From: an uncultured Chthonomonadaceae bacterium
GTDB taxonomy: Bacteria > Armatimonadota > Chthonomonadetes > Chthonomonadales > Chthonomonadaceae
Direction: 5' to 3'
Length of the DNA stretch: 64,000 bases
NCBI GenBank assembly: GCA_963817895.1
Contig: CAWFQB010000001.1
Coordinates: forward strand, 1,536,001 to 1,600,000
This document shows, one piece after another, positions 61,685 to 64,000 of the stretch; the stretch's first letter is position 1; each line of letters opens with the position of its first letter. The notes beneath the pieces are model-generated. The model made no database searches. It was not told the origin of the DNA and saw only the letters and a program-made list of their open reading frames with translations. The position numbers were made by a program, and so were the translations under genes.

Positions 61685-64000
61685 ATGATTGGAACAACCG
61701 TCGCGGGCCGGTATGAAATAGAAGCGCAAATCGGCGTGGGCGGCATGGGGATCGTGTATCGCGCCCATGATACGCGCCTGCGCCGGGATGTCGCGCTGAA
61801 AGTGATCGCGCCGCACCTGATGCAGCAGGAATCGGCGCGCGTCCGGTTTTTGCGGGAAGCGCAGGCGCTTGCCGGCCTGATGCACCCCCATATTGTCACC
61901 ATCTTCGACATGGCCGAGGATGCGGATTCCAATACCGTGTTTCTGGTCATGGAATTGCTGTCGGGCCATTCTCTGCGCGAGTTTTTGAGCGATGGAACCT
62001 GCCCGAACACTCCCGATTGCCCCCGCTTTTCCGAGATTGCCCTGCCGCTTTGCCGCGCACTGGAAGCCGCCCATAAGCGCGGCGTCCTGCATCGGGACAT
62101 CAAGCCGGAAAACATCTTCGTGTGCGACGACGGCGAATTGAAACTGATGGACTTCGGGCTTGCCCGTTTGCTTGGCGACATGTCCAAAAACCAGTCCAGC
62201 ACGGTGGCGGGAACCCTCGCGTATATGGCTCCCGAACAATTGCGCGGCGACAAACTGGACGCCCGAACGGATTTATACGCGCTGGGGGCCGTGTTCTTCG
62301 AGTTCGTGACGGGAACGCAGCCGTTTATGGGCGACAATCCCGGCACGGTTCTGCTGAAACATCTTACTGAACCGCCGCCCCACTTGCGGGATCGCCTGCC
62401 TGCCCCTCTAAACGCCGACGATGAAGCCACCCTGAACGCGCTGGATGATCTGATTACGCGGCTAATGGCGAAAGAAGCGGGCGAACGTCCGGCAAGCGCT
62501 GGCGAAGTTCGGGACGCGCTGGCGCAAGTGTTGCCGGGGCGCGATACGCTTGCCTTCGCCATAGACCGCCTGCTTGCCACGCAGGGCATAAGGGGCGCGG
62601 GCGCGGCGTACAGCATGACGCGATCTATGCCGCCGGTTTCAATTCCCACCGAGGTTCTGGCCGCGCAGTTAGCCCCCCGGCAAACGACGGAAGTGGCGCA
62701 GGACGCAGAGCAGCCTGCGATTTCAGTTTTGACGCCTGCGGGTTCCCCTTCTCAGGCGGCGGAACTGCTGCCTGAGAATCCGCCCGCCCTCAAATCCTTG
62801 CCCGCATGGAAGCGGCGCGGGGTGGTTGTGGCGGGCATCAGCCTGTTAAGCGCGGCGTCCGTGCTGGCCGCCGTTCAGTTCCGGCCCCATTCCGACACGA
62901 GCGCGGACACGCCGGGTTCTGTTTCCGCTTCCGGTAAGCGGCAGCCTGTACGAAGCGCAGGGTAAAACTGCGGTTGGTTCCGCGCAGCCGGTATCCTCCG
63001 GTTCTTCCGTCGCAGCCGTTCCAGAATCCACGCCACCGGTTTCCGCGCCGTCTCTGGTCAGCAAAACCGGCGCATCCACGCAGCCATTAAAGCAGCCGAT
63101 AAAAACTAACGCTTCTACGCCCGCCGGGGATAACCACGCGCCTGCAACTGCAACCGGCGCAGCCTCCGGCAAAACAGCTTCCGTGTCACCGCCACAACGA
63201 ATTGCCGCTGCAAACGCCCAGTCCTGCAACCTCCTCTCCTCTTTCCAACAGCGCGGAACAGGAAGCATCGCGCAGGGCGCAAGAGGCGCTTATCAAAAAG
63301 CTACAGCAGCAGTTGGAGGCCGAGCGGGCGCGGAAAACGCCTGTGGTTACAAAGACAAAACCCAGCGTATCCGGCGCGACCGCCACCGACATCGGGAGCC
63401 GGTAAGAGCGGCAAGCCTGTCAAGTTGCCGCCCCTGCCCAGTGTCGCGGATGAGGCCACGCCGCCGCTTGTCATCGGCATGAAGGTGACGCGCATTGACA
63501 GAAACGACCCGAAAGCCATTCATATCAGCCTGCAAAACGACGCGGATTGCTACGCTTACTTCTATCTGCTTCCCCCGCCCGCGCATACGGCCACGCGCCT
63601 GTTTGCCGGGTACGAATACTTTCCCGCCGCGCCCAAAACGCCCTACGCGCTCTCACTGTTGCTGCCACATGGCATTGCAAACAGTCGCGGCGCGATTCTG
63701 ATTGTGGCGGCGAAAAAGGAATTGAAAAACCTGCCGCCCACCTTTGATTTACAGCCGCCGCAAACGCAGGCGATTACGCCGGGGATGAGCCGGGAACAAA
63801 TCCAACAAATTGTTCGCCAGAATATTCATCTGTTCAGCGATCAGGTGGCGCAGCAATTAGCCGCAAGCCAGACGCTGCAAGGGGGACAATTGATGCAATC
63901 GCACAACGTATTCGTCCGGCTCATCGGCAACTTCGCGCTGGTATCGGGCCGCCCTCTGGACGGCAGCCGCCGCGATCTCAATGGCGGGCGACGTGGATCG
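61685..64000 (+). CDS. Hanks-type Ser/Thr protein kinase with TM and long C-terminal region; frameshifted, runs off the right edge
   Basis: IGVGGMGIVY, VALK, HRDIKPEN, DFGLA, YMAPE, TM near residue 385. Confidence 0.88.

Overview
A 64-kb GC-rich bacterial window. The gene repertoire (VPEP-type PEP-CTERM proteins, an H-X9-DG protein, HAF-repeat lipoproteins) suggests Armatimonadota or a similar soil lineage; this is inference only. It holds housekeeping genes (greA, truB, ribF, folD, nusB, cobA-hemD, hemB), tRNA-Val and tRNA-Asp, polysaccharide genes, a hybrid kinase/response regulator/adenylate cyclase operon and several accessory islets. Many genes, including essential ones, are broken by single indels, which points to assembly error rather than true decay. 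The most notable region is 5.6-11.6 kb. It has two homologous sigma54-driven PEP-CTERM cassettes next to tRNA-Asp, separated by an exact 65-bp duplicate of the tRNA. It also has a Ro60/TROVE gene directly preceded by three tandem unannotated Y-RNA-like hairpins that carry the bulged-C Ro60-binding helix. Other structure not explained by ORFs: a window-wide family of 7-8-mer tandem-repeat hairpins (some translated into proteins), an XisH/XisI pair bounded by 38-bp inverted repeats, a 143-bp IS5-like MITE splitting a small membrane gene, an internally deleted rsbR relic, a NusB about four times normal length, and a featureless ~1-kb tract between hemD and hemB. All calls come from reading the sequence by eye; no searches were run.
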